NCBI RefSeq assembly: GCF_032444005.1
Contig: NC_091289.1
Coordinates: 64,852,001 to 64,916,000 of the forward strand
From: Ranitomeya imitator
Lineage: Eukaryota
Reading direction: 5' to 3'
DNA: 64,000 nt
Shown here: in pieces, positions 12,305 through 23,439 of the stretch
Layout of the letters: the number at the start of each line of letters is the position of its first letter
Position numbering within the stretch: the first letter of the stretch is position 1
The notes under the pieces: model-generated
What the model was told of the DNA's origin: nothing
What the model saw: the letters and a program-made list of their open reading frames with translations, nothing else
The model's database searches: none
Program-made: the position numbers and the translations under genes

Positions 12305-12963
12305 TTAATGACCTGGAGAATCACAATGGCAGGTCTGTCTTGGCATTTAGTGAGTATGGTAGAAAAAAATCATTGTGGAATTGCACTTTGTTCTGCAATT
12401 TCACCGCAGTTGGATTTTTTTCCCTTACATTTTATGGTAAAATCAATGGTGTCATTGAAAAGTACAAGTCTTCCCGCAGAAAAGAAGCCCTCACATGGCC
12501 ATATTCATGGGAAAAAAAATTATGGCTCTGGGAAGGAGAACAGAAAACGAAAAAACGGGAAATGGCCCAGTTGTGAAGGGGTTCATAAAAACAAACAAAT
12601 CCTCTCGAAGTACAGTATGGACCAGGAGTAAGAAACGGAAGGTTTCTCCAATTAGTCCTCCAGATACTGTCCGTCAGTTGTAGGGGGCAGCTGGTAACTC
12701 CTTCACGGTCCATGGGGTCATGGGTTCAGGCCTGGTTCAGGTCATAACTATACCAAAGCTGTCCATTTGCTGAGAAGCCATTTGCGTCCTTGGCCATAGG
12801 TACATGTGGTGATTCCTGGGCTGCTTCTCACGTTTTTCATTGCATTATTTGGCCGTTTATCTGTATATTTGTCACTGTTTGTTGTGAGTGGAGACACACA
12901 ATGCTCCTAATATGACTTACTGTAGCAGGCAACTATCTGACTTAGCTCGGATTCCTCTTCTAG

Positions 12964-13110
12964 GTCCTGGTACAACCTCAGATCATTAAGACGGAGTCTC
13001 TGGTCCTGACAGCTCTGAAGGCTGATGGCAGCCCCGTCATGACTGCCGTGCAGAACCCTGCCATCACCACCCTCGCGACCCCTCTCCAGACCACCGCTCT
13101 GCAAGTACCT
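12964..13110 (+). CDS. SREBF2: SREBF2 exon 4
   Basis: ttctag|GTC CTG GTA CAA CCT CAG ATC ATT AAG; VLVQPQIIKTESLVLT...TTALQVP|gtacgc. An alternative donor lies 6 nt upstream (after 13104). Confidence 0.88.
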
Positions 13111-14048
13111 GTACGCCTCTTTATGCTCAATGCTTTGGATCATCACATACTAAAGAATAGCATCAATATTAATCTCCTTTTATAGTTTATTTATGCACAT
13201 TTGTAGTGATCACATGCTAAGCCCCTCTGTCGATCAGCTGTATATAGGGTCCATGCACGCCCTTTGTAGTTTATCAAGCACTGGATAATGGGGTCTGTGC
13301 CTGATCCCTATTCCTGCACCCATCAGTGGGTCCGAGCTGCTGTCAGAGGTAGTATCAACCAATGAGGCTGTGAAGCCCCCCATACACATTAGACTCATGT
13401 TGCCAAATCTTGGTTGTTGACTTGTTTGGCTGAAAATGTAATCTGCATGGAGGCCCGGACTGATACTTGTGGGATATCACTTGGGCACGTCTGAGTTTTG
13501 GACTGCCGCCTGTTCTTTGCTTTTCCGGAGATGAGCCGCCATCAGACATGTCTGGCCACAACTATGTCACAGAGAACACAGGGGCGCTCGGCGGAGCGAG
13601 TCTTCTGTATGGGAGGGCTGGCCGAAAATCTGGCTGACGGCCGTCTAATGTGTATGGCGGCTTTTGGGCTCACACTTGTGAAGTCCGGGATTCCTGATAA
13701 GATAATACTAATAATGGATTTCTAGAACTATAGAAATAAAATAAGCTGCTATCACATGATCACACTATTCATTTCTAAGGAATTAGTACAATGAGGTATC
13801 TCCTATCACATCAGCTTGACGTCATGTCCACTTTTAGGGGAAAGGCCCCTGTTATCATCTCCCAGGGACTGTATAGAAAGGGATTAATGATTGATGGAAA
13901 TGTCTTAAGGCTTATCGCAATGTTATAGGTCAAGGCGCCGCACAAATTGTCGCTCACCACAGTAGATGAGCATTTCCCTGCAATAACATGCATCGGGATC
14001 GAGACATTTCATCATTAATGCAACACTCTTCACTAGTTAATCTGCTGA

Positions 14049-14199
14049 NNNNNNNNNNNNNNNNNNNNNNNNNNNNNNNNNNNNNNNNNNNNNNNNNNNN
14101 NNNNNNNNNNNNNNNNNNNNNNNNNNNNNNNNNNNNNNNNNNNNNNNNNNNNNNNNNNNNNNNNNNNNNNNNNNNNNNNNNNNNNNNNNNNNNNNNNNN
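14049..14199. other. Assembly gap (151 N) in intron 4
   Basis: Run of N. Confidence 1.
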
Positions 14200-15170
14200 A
14201 GGCTTGTTCTTCCTAACTTGTGCTGTAGCTTTCATTGGTGCCATTTTGGAGACGCTAAGGATATGTTCACACCTGACAATGTTTTCGGTGCGTAAAATGC
14301 GCATCATTTCACAATACCAGCAAAATCAATGCGATTCCTGAAATCTTATACACACATGCTGCTTCTTTTTTTCCCCATGTATTTGGAGCAATGGGGTGTT
14401 TTTGAATGACGCAGCATGTCAATTCTTTCAGCATATTTGCAGCTTTTTTCACCCATTGAAATGAATGGAAAAAAAATCTGTTAACGTTGGCATTGCACAT
14501 AGCATTTTTCTGCCAACACTCTAGTTTTTGGTGCATGAAAATAACGTTGCTCGTGAACCTACTGTAAGGCTTCTGGTCCGCAGTTTGTAATGGAGAACTG
14601 TCAGCCAGACCATTGTCACTGAGGAAATGTTAAAGGAACCTGTCACTTAAAGAAATGCACCACTGGGCACTGCAGGGAGCTCTTTCGATAATGCGGTTAA
14701 TCACTATTTACCTGCAGATTAACCCTGTATCTGCAGGTAAATTGTGATTCGAGGTGGGAGGATCCCTTTAAAGAGTAGGTTCTCTTTTTACACATTAGTT
14801 AACTATAAAGATGAGCGTTTAAGATCACGTTTATAAAGGAAAAAAAGTCATAATTTAGTGTTGTTGAAAGCCATCTCTAGCAGAAATGCAGCAAACATCT
14901 GACCTCATGAAGGCTTCCTTTACATGGGAAGCTTGTCAGCCCGGAGTGAATGCCAGTCATTACAAGGAGCCAGGACTGTGTGCACCCAATAATCATTTCC
15001 CCTACTGTTTCTTGATTGTCTGCAGCTCATCTGTCACACATGACAGTGTTACTGGCAAAAGATCTTAAAGGGCCTGTCTTGTCCGGACTGAAGGCTTGTT
15101 GTCTCCGCTCTCGTGGACTTGCAGCGACAATCGTGTAACATGTTGTCTTCTTTCCTTTTACTACTTGTAG

Positions 15171-15392
15171 ACTTTGGTTGGTGGCAGTGGAACGATTTTG
15201 ACAACTATGCCAGTCATGATGGGTCAAGAGAAGATGCCCATAAAGCAGGTGCCTGGCGTCTTCAAACAGCAAGAGATTCCCAAGGAGGGTGAGAGGAGAA
15301 CAACGCACAACATTATTGAGAAACGGTATCGCTCCTCAATCAACGATAAAATCCTCGAGCTGAAAGACTTGGTTATGGGAACTGATGCCAAG
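15171..15392 (+). CDS. SREBF2: SREBF2 exon 5 (basic region and helix 1 of bHLH)
   Basis: ttgtag|ACT TTG GTT ... GCC AAG|gtgagt; [35 protein letters not shown]. Confidence 0.97.
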
Positions 15393-16802
15393 GTGAGTGT
15401 CACATAGCTTTTCTTTATCGCCTCTCATTGGGGGACACAGGAACCATGGGTGTATGCTGCTGACACTGCAAATAAAAAAGTTAGCTCCTCCTCTGCAGTG
15501 TACACCCCACCGACTGGCATTAAACTCTTCAGTTTAGCTTAGTGTCAGTAGGAGGTGGACACGGGTCTTTCATTAGACCCTTATCTACCTCAATGTGCGT
15601 CGTTTCTTTTCAGGTTTTTTCTGGAGGGATACAGGGTGAGCAGTCACACCTGTATTCCCACAAGCGGACTATGAGTACGGCGTGTACTGCCACCCCGTAT
15701 CCTCATAGATCCCTCTCCAGGACCAAGATCCTAGCACACAAGCGTGCTGAGAAGTCCGGTCCTGGCTCCGTCCCCCACCCACTCGCCCACCAGAGCCTGT
15801 CGGTTTGGAGGAGACGAGGACGTCCATTAGCTCCCTGGACGTCTCATACCCTTCCTGTTAGGTTAGTATCGGCGTGGGATGTTTTAGGTGAGTATTTCCC
15901 CCATTCCCATCCCACATCTTTTATAGGGGGGGGAGGTCTTGTAAGGGGCTCCCAGCCTCCTTTCATACCTGTCATCACCTGCGTCCATACAGTAGATGCG
16001 GCCGAGATTGTGTCACGCTGCGATATCCGTAGGTGCGCTTTCTTCCCCCCCACAGCACCTCTTCCCCCAATTCAGATACGGGGGCCCTCTGCCTTCTTTC
16101 CGGCGTGGGGCCCTTACAGGCTGCTGCGCCGTTCTTCTGGTGGGCGACCGATGCCTGCACGTTGGGCTGCCATACGTTCCCCTCCTGCGGCGCACCACTT
16201 GGTGCTGCGGCTCTTCATGTGGCACCATCCACAGCGCGGCAGCCCTGCAGGCTGTCGCGCCGCTTCTCCCTGCGGCGCTCTGCTCCGGCGCCGCAGGAGG
16301 TCTTTCTCTGGGCGCCCCTCAGCGGCGCAGCCTGGTGGGCGACCGCGCCGCTTGCTGTCTCTTAGGGCGCTCTATTCCGGCGCTGCGGCTCCTTTTCCTC
16401 GGCCACCGGCCCCTAATTTAGGCCCCGGCTTCTGTCGGGGCCTACTTCCGGTTTCTCGGCTCCTCACTTCCGGTTCTGCGGGCGGGCTTTTTCCCGCCCG
16501 ACTTACTGTGCCCTGCCTACCGGCGCCCCTGCGTCTGGCTCCGCCCCCTTTCTCCTGGGACACTCGTCTGGTGTGAGCACCGCTTTGTACCGGCAGCAGC
16601 ACCAGCTCTCGCAAGCGCACCTGCACTTCGCACGCATCTTCTGTGGGCACAGCTCTATCTGCGCTGAATACAGCTCCTCAGGGCACTCCATCGACAAGTG
16701 GGACATCTTCCAGGACCGGGTCCGTGAGTAGCTGCACTGCAGACTGACACCCCCCTCTGCCCACTGTCCCCTAACCCACTGGCATCTTCAGGGTCCCTCA
16801 AA

Positions 16803-18288
16803 ATGTCTACCTCTAAAGGGGGCCGCTCTCGTCCCCCTACCTCTTCATCTTCTGCCTTAGTCACGTACTTTGCCTGTTCGTCCTGTAACAGCAAACTTCC
16901 CTCAGGTCAGTTCTCCCCGCTGTGTCAGTCCTTCAGCAACCCGATTGTTCCCACCGCCCAGGATCCCCCAGCTGTTCCGCCCGAGAGTGATCCCCCCATC
17001 CCAGGCTGGGCCGCCTCTCTGTCACAATCGGTGGCCGATTTAACACGGGTATCTCAAACCCTAGTGTCCGCGCTGGATCGGTGACCCCTGCAGTGGCCAG
17101 CGGGTCGCAGGAACCGCCGCCCGAGCCCTCCTTGATAAGCCACAAAAGGTCCAGACAGGAACGTCGGTCTGAGTCCTCTTCGCGCTCCATCTCGCCGCTC
17201 GGCCCTCCCCCGCGGTTGGTGTCCAACCGATCCTCCTCCCCTGAGTCAGGCGAGGCATTATCTGATGCGCCCTCGGAGGATATTTCGGAGCTGGATCCTA
17301 ACCAAATCGCCACCATGAGTGAGACAGTCCAGAACCTCATTGGGGCAATAAACCAAACCTGTGGCATCAAGGATCCCTCTACGGAACCCGCAGATCAGGC
17401 GGTTTCGTTTAGACGGGCCAAATTACCTTCTAAATTTTTCGCTCCTCATCCTGAATTCGAGGAAATCTTGTCCAGAGAGAGAGAGAGAACCCCACTAGGC
17501 GTTTTCAGAGGGGAAAACGCCTGGGTGTGCTATATCCTTTTTCTCCAGAACTTACTGCCAATTGGACGGTCTCTCCCTCGGTGGATCCACCTGTGTCCAG
17601 GCTGTCCACCAACACGGTGCTTCCTCTGTCCGGCGGAGCATCTCTGAAGGATTTTAACGATAGAGTTATAGAATCCTTCGCGAAATCTGCTTTTGAAGCA
17701 GCTTGAGCGGCTCTATGTCCAGCTTTTGCGTCCACTTGGGCTTCAAAATCCATCTCAAAATGGGCCAAGGATCTTCGGCGAGGTATCCTGGACGGAGCGC
17801 CTCCCGCGCAATTAGCGGAACTTGCCAACCAGATTTCCCACGCTGGTGAATACCTGGTTTCCGCCTCCCTGGATGTCGCGTCTTGTGCTGCTCAAGCTTC
17901 CAGCAATGCCGTTGCCATCCGCCGGACCGTTTGGCTCAAGGCCTGGCAGGCGGACTTGTCCTCCAAAAAGTCCCTCACTAGTCTGCCCTTTCAGGGCTCT
18001 CGTCTCTTTGGTTCCCAGCTGGACAAAATAATTAAGGACGCCACCGGGGGTACAAGTTCTCTTCTCCCCCAGGCTAAGCCTCGTCGCCCTCCCCCTAGAC
18101 GACAGTTTCGTTCTTTTCGGCCTTTTCGTCGCTTTGCTGCATCAAACTCCTTTTCCCAGCAGCAACAGAGGCCACAGGCACGTCAAGAGAAGAAGGCGGT
18201 GTCCTTTAGGCCCACTCCGTCCTGGCGTCCTCGCTTCTCCCAGGGTAGATCCTCCAGGCCCAGGACTGGAAGATGCACCTCGGCATGA
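16803..18288 (+). pseudogene. DIRS ORF1 (gag-like), disrupted
   Basis: N-terminal CxxC..CxxF, then DPPVSRL and WLKAWQAD..LPFQGSRLFG..LDKII..TGG. Lesions: TGA 17082-17084 with frame change, +2 in the (AG)n run 17474-17488, TGA 17704-17706. Confidence 0.8.
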
Positions 18289-20193
18289 CTCTCGGCAAGA
18301 CTCCAGCCCAACTCCCAGATTGGGCGGCCGTCTTCTCCTTTTCAGGGACGTCTGGATTTCCGCAGTAGAGGATGCATGGGTCAGGGAAGTTGTATCCTCG
18401 GGATACAAAATAGAGTTCGCTTCCCGACCTTGGGATCGTTTCTTCCAATCCCGTCCTCCAAGAGATCCCGCTCTAGTTCCGGGCTTCTTCTCAGCCATCG
18501 CTTCTCTGCTCATATCCGGGGTAATCGTTCCCGTCCCAGAAAAAGAACGCTTCACGGGTTTCTACTCAAATCTTTTTGTGGTACCGAAAAAAGACGGCAA
18601 GGTTCGCCCCATTCTGGACCTCAAATTGCTGAACAGGAGAGTTCGCCTGAGACACTTCAGAATGGAATCCCTTCGTTCAGTAATTGCTTCCATGGAGGCT
18701 CAGGAGTTTCTATGCTCAATAGATATCCAGGACGCCTACCTCCATGTCCCGATATTTCCCGGACATCACCGTTTCCTGCGCTTCGCAGTGCAACGAGATA
18801 ATTTTCAGTTCGTCGCCCTGCCGTTCGGTCTCGCAATCGCGCCAAGGGTGTTCACGAAGATCATGGCGGCGCTGATGGCCATCTTGAGAGTCAGAGGCTT
18901 GGTCCTATTTCCATATCTCGATGACATCCTCATCAAGGCTCCGTCCTTTGCTCAGGCCCACGAAAGCCTGTCCATTGTTCTCGACACCTTAGCCCGTTTC
19001 GGGTGGCTGGTCAACCGGAAGAAGTCCTGCCTTATTCCTTCTCAGCGCATCATCTTTCTGGGCATGCTTTTCGACACTCGTCAGAGCAGAGTCTTCCTTC
19101 CCAAAGACAAGAGATTCACTCTTTGTCGGGACATACGCTTGCTCCAGGGTCCTCGGCCTCCCTCCCTCCGTTCGGCCATGAAGGTTCTGGGGAGGATGGT
19201 AGCTACATTGGAAGCGATTCCCTTCGCCCAATTCCATTCGCGACCCCTTCAGCAAGCCATTCTGTCTCAGTGGGACAGGTCGGTCTTCTCCCTGGATCGG
19301 CCGATCAGACTCTCTCCTTTCGGGTCAAGCGGTCTCTCAACTGGTGGCTGACGTCACCTCTCATCTCCCAGGGCAGGTCCTTCCTTCCGGTTCACTGGCA
19401 GGTGGTGAGAACGGACGCCAGCCTGATCGGCTGGGGTGCGGTTTTTCGCCACCTGACGGTTCAGGGCCGTTGGTCGCCGCAGGAGTCATCTCTGCCAATC
19501 AACGTCCTCGAAATTCGGGCCATCTTTCTGTCCCTCCGCCACTGGGAAAGGATCCTCAGGGGCCTTCCAGTCCGGATCCAGACGGACAACGCCACGGCTG
19601 TGGCATATGTCAACCATCGGGGGGGGACTCGGAGCTCCTTGGCCCTTGCCGAGGTATCCAAGATCCTCCTTTGGGCAGAGGCAACGGTTCCGGTGATATC
19701 CGCGGTGCATATCCCCGGCGTGGAAAACTGGGCCGCCGACTTCCTCAGCCGCGAGGGCCTCGCGGCAGGGGAATGGTCCTTGCATCCGGAGGTCTTCCAT
19801 CAGATTTGTCTTCGATGGGGAACTCCGGATGTGGATCTCACGGCGTCTCGAATCAACAGGAAGGTTCCGCAGTTCGTCTCCAGGTCCCGCGATCCTCTCG
19901 CAGTGGGCGTCGATGCTCTGGCCATTCCTTGGTCACAGTTTGAGCTGCCCTACCTGTTCCCACCCCTTCCATTACTTCCCAAACTATTGAAGATCAAAAC
20001 GGAAGGGGTGCCGGTCATCCTGATCGCCCCGGATTGGCCCAGGAGAGCTTGGTTCGCGGAGCTCGTCAACCTTCTCGTGGACGCTCCCTGGCGCCTTCCA
20101 GACAGGCCCGATCTGCTGTCCCAGGGTCCGATCTGCCACCCGAATTCTCGGTCGCTCAGTTTAACGGCATGGCTGTTGAGACCGCGGTTCTAA
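18284..20193 (+). pseudogene. DIRS pol (RT, RNase H and methyltransferase-like domain), one frameshift
   Basis: GFYSNLFVVPK, RPILDL, LPFGL, YLDD; RNase H TDAS..NVLE..TDN..ADFLSR; MT-like DL.AS..YLFPP. A +2 shift in the (CT) run at 19310-19316 joins ORFs 18134-19351 and 19003-20193. Confidence 0.9.
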
Positions 20194-21218
20194 GAGCATC
20201 CGGCCTTTCGGACCGGGTGATTCACACCATGATTTATGCTCGGAAGCCTTCGTCTTCCAGGATCTACTACCGCACCTGGAAGGCCTACTTCCGTTGGTGC
20301 GAGTCCAACCGCGTTCCGCCTATGGTTTTTTCCCTGCCTTCTCTTTTTGCCTTCCTTCAGGCAGGACTGGATTCGGGCCTGGCTCTTAGTTCCCTGAAGG
20401 GTCAGGTCTCTGCGCTTTCCATCCTCTTTCAGAAGACCTTGGCCTCTCGGCCACAGGTTAAGACCTTCTTTCAGGGGGTAGCCCACGCCGTCCCGCCGTA
20501 CAGGGCCCCTGTGGAGGCATGGGACTTAAACCTGGTACTGGACGTTCTGAAGGTTTCTCCCTTTGAACCTCTTAGGGAGATTCCGCTATCCGTTTTATCG
20601 TGGAAGGTGGCCTTTCTTGTGGCCATCACGTCCATTCTCCGTGTTTCCGAGCTGGCGGCCCTGTCATGCCGTCCTCCGTTTTTGGTCATTCACCAGGACA
20701 AGGTGGTCTTCCGGCCCCCACCTTCTTTTCTTCCTAAGGTGGTTTCCACCTTCCACCTCAACGAGGACATCGTTCTACCTTCCTTTTGTCCAGCTCCGAC
20801 TCATCCTCTGGAGCGATCGTTGAACAAGCTGGACCTTGTCAGGGCAGTGAGGATCTATCTGGACAGAACGTCCACTTTCCGGAAGACGGATTCCTTTTTC
20901 GTCATTCCTGATGGCACGCGCAGAGGCCAACCGGCTTCTAAAGCGACTATTGCTCGCTGGATCAGAATGGCAATTTTGGAGGCTTACCGGGTCAAGAACA
21001 GAGTGCCCCCTCCTGGGATTAAGGCTCACTCTACCCGGGCAGTCGGCGCCTCCTGGGCGGTGCACCACAGGGCTTCCGCCCTACAGCTTTGCAAAGCGGC
21101 AACTTGGTCTTCCATCCACACGTTCGCCAAATTCTACAAGGTCCATACCTATGCTTCGGCGGACGCCAGCCTAGGCAGAAGGATCTTGCAGGCGGCAGTG
21201 GTGAGTCCTCTGACCTGA
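20169..21218 (+). CDS. DIRS tyrosine recombinase (open frame, 349 aa from ATG at 20169)
   Basis: RVSEL (Arg), HSTR, TW and FY catalytic motifs are all present in one uninterrupted frame. Confidence 0.9.
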   Translation: MAVETAVLRASGLSDRVIHTMIYARKPSSSRIYYRTWKAYFRWCESNRVPPMVFSLPSLFAFLQAGLDSGLALSSLKGQVSALSILFQKTLASRPQVKTFFQGVAHAVPPYRAPVEAWDLNLVLDVLKVSPFEPLREIPLSVLSWKVAFLVAITSILRVSELAALSCRPPFLVIHQDKVVFRPPPSFLPKVVSTFHLNEDIVLPSFCPAPTHPLERSLNKLDLVRAVRIYLDRTSTFRKTDSFFVIPDGTRRGQPASKATIARWIRMAILEAYRVKNRVPPPGIKAHSTRAVGASWAVHHRASALQLCKAATWSSIHTFAKFYKVHTYASADASLGRRILQAAVVSPLT

Positions 21219-21260
21219 TGGAAGTCTGTTTTTCCCACCCGTGGGACTGGTTTGGGACGT

Positions 21261-21362
21261 CCCATGGTTCCTGTGTCCCCCAATGAGAGGCGATAAAGAA
21301 AACAGGATTTTTGGTTGCTTACCGTAAAATCTGTTTCTTGAAGCCTCCATTGGGGGACACAG
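21261..21362. repeat. DIRS internal complementary region (ICR)
   Basis: 21261-21302 is the reverse complement of 15409-15450; 21303-21362 is the reverse complement of 21584-21643. Confidence 0.95.
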
Positions 21363-22023
21363 CTCCCTCCCAATGTTTTTGTTATATGTTCTATGACTGT
21401 TCTCACGTTTACAGTTCTCAAGTTTGTGGTTATGGTTTTTCAACCTTGTTCTTTCTCCTACTGCTTTCTCACTAACTGAAGAGTTTAATGCCAGTCGGTG
21501 GGGTGTACACTGCAGAGGAGGAGCTGACTTTTTTATTTGCATAGTGTCAGCCTCCTAGTGGCAGCAGCATACACCCATGGTTCCTGTGTCCCCCAATGGA
21601 GGCTTCAAGAAACAGATTTTACGGTAAGCAACCAAAAATCCTGTTTTTTTTATTAATAAATATGTGCGTCCAATGTCTGTCCCCACGGAATCCTGATAGG
21701 TGCTGGCTGTGTTATGGATCCAACATCCGCAGCGACCAGAACTAAACTCCGCTCATGGCTGTTAACCCCTGAAGTGTCAGTCGTTTTTTTTTGTTTGTTT
21801 TTTACTACAACCCTTAAGTGGGGAAATCTCAGATAATGGCGACAAAAACCAATTTTTTAAAAATGACTTGCTTGAGCAATTTTCTGAATAATATGTAACT
21901 TCCTTGCACGTAGGGCAGTTTGCATCATGGTGTTTCATGCAGCATTCAGTGGCTGACGGTGGTGAGTTGATTTCTTTGGCCAAGATACTTTGATTTATAT
22001 GAAAAATTGTTACCGTGTTTCAG

Positions 22024-22138
22024 ATGCACAAGTCGGGGGTCCTGAAGAAAGCCATAGACTACATAAAATATTTACAACAATCCAACCAGAAACTTCGTCA
22101 AGAAAATATGGCTCTCAAACTGGCAAATCAAAAAAATA
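22024..22138 (+). CDS. SREBF2: SREBF2 exon 6 (helix 2 and zipper)
   Basis: tttcag|ATG CAC AAG TCG ... AAA AAT A|gtaagt; MHKSGVLKKAIDYIKYLQQSNQKLRQENMALKLANQKN. Not in the supplied ORF track. Confidence 0.96.
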
Positions 22139-23257
22139 GTAAGTTGTGCTGCTACTATATACTATCGCCCTAAACATAGAGAGACGGTGTGCTTTGTCAC
22201 CAGGATTTTGACACCTAACCTGTTAGCCGCATAATGTAGGGGCTTACTGGGCTGCTAACTTTAGTTTTGATAATCTTCTGCTGATAAAACTGTGATTTTT
22301 ATCACTAGAGAACAAGTAAACCTGCTGTTTATAGTCCTTCATATTCATGAGCCGTGCGTAGCCCCGCCCCTACCTGCGATTGGAAACTTCCTGCCTATGC
22401 ACAGTGTACAGAGAAAGCTGCCAATCAGTGGTGTGGGCGGGATTATACAGAGCTCTGCATTCTGAGAACTGGGAAATCGGTAGCAGATAAAATAGGGATT
22501 TAATCAACAGCTGCAGCCCAGTAAGTGATACATTGCTGGAATCCGGGTCTCTACCCCTACATCATGCTGCTGTCAGATGTGGTTGCATAAACCTGGTGAT
22601 AGATTTCTTTTAAGGTTGAGAGACACAAGTCCATCAATTTCAATGTATTAATCCAGAGGAAGGCAAACACCCCATGAAGCAGATGCTAATGGCTTCATAT
22701 TAGGGAAAAATTCCTGCCCGACTCCACATGCGACAACCGGACTAGTTCCCTGGATCAGCGTATCTTCACAGAATCTCTAACCATATCCTGCAACGTAAAA
22801 GTCTTTCTAGAAAGGCACCCGGGCCTGAGCGAAGGGTCACGTGATTCTGCACTTGCTGTATTTTAGCAAGCTGCGCTCAGCCGCGGCTTTAGTGTGTTCT
22901 CCAGGCCTCGGGAATCGGTTGTAGACTGTATCTTTGGATGATCAAAGTGTCATCCAGTCCTGATAAGTAATTGTACTGGCAGCTAATATTGCACCCAGTG
23001 GCCATGACCTAACCGCTCAACAATTCTGCTGAGTGAGTTATTTTATTGTGCGGGACATTTACCGCCCGGTATACGGTTGATACACTGAAGTGCAGAGTCA
23101 TGATGGAGTCTCCAGTGATACAAGACATTGGGCCCAGAGCCGAGTCTTCACCATTTCTCGTCCTCTTCTGCTTATTTCTCAGCCTGTCGCTTTTCTGCTT
23201 ATTTCCACATTCCCACGTTGTTATTGCTGTCTGTAATATGCCATTGTTATTTTATAG

Positions 23258-23439
23258 AATATCTCAAGGGCATTGATCTAAGCAGCTTGGTGGACACCAG
23301 CATGGAAATGAAGATGGACGAGTTCAACCAAAACCTTCTAATGATGTCTCCGCCAGCATCGGACTCTGGCTCTCCTGCCGTCTTCTCTCCTTACTCTGTG
23401 GATTCAGAGCCGGGCAGTCCTCTGTTAGATGATGAAAAG
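23258..23439 (+). CDS. SREBF2: SREBF2 exon 7 (includes SPPASDSG phosphodegron-like motif)
   Basis: ttatag|AA TAT CTC AAG ... GAA AAG|gtgaaa; YLKGIDLSSLVD...MSPPASDSGS...DSEPGSPLLDDEK. Confidence 0.94.

Larger units (their letters stand above)
15409..21643 (+). mobile_element. Full-length DIRS1-type tyrosine-recombinase retrotransposon (about 6.2 kb) in intron 5, sense orientation
   Basis: Left ITR 15409-about 15535 and right ITR about 21472-21643 are inverted. The ICR (21261-21362) is complementary to both termini, and gag, RT/RNaseH/MT and YR ORFs occur in canonical order. Confidence 0.95.

Noticed and set aside
15490-15512. SRE-like TACACCCCAC and similar motifs in repeats
   Set aside because: They lie in TE termini, deviate from the ATCACCCCAC consensus, and have no supporting NF-Y/Sp1 context.
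15542-16576. 344-aa ORF as a stand-alone gene
   Set aside because: It starts at GTG in the GC-rich DIRS leader and has no recognisable domain. Kept only as a possible splice read-through target.
15844-21542. Numerous short alternative-frame and antisense ORFs within the DIRS element
   Set aside because: Shadow ORFs of GC-rich coding sequence with no independent motifs.
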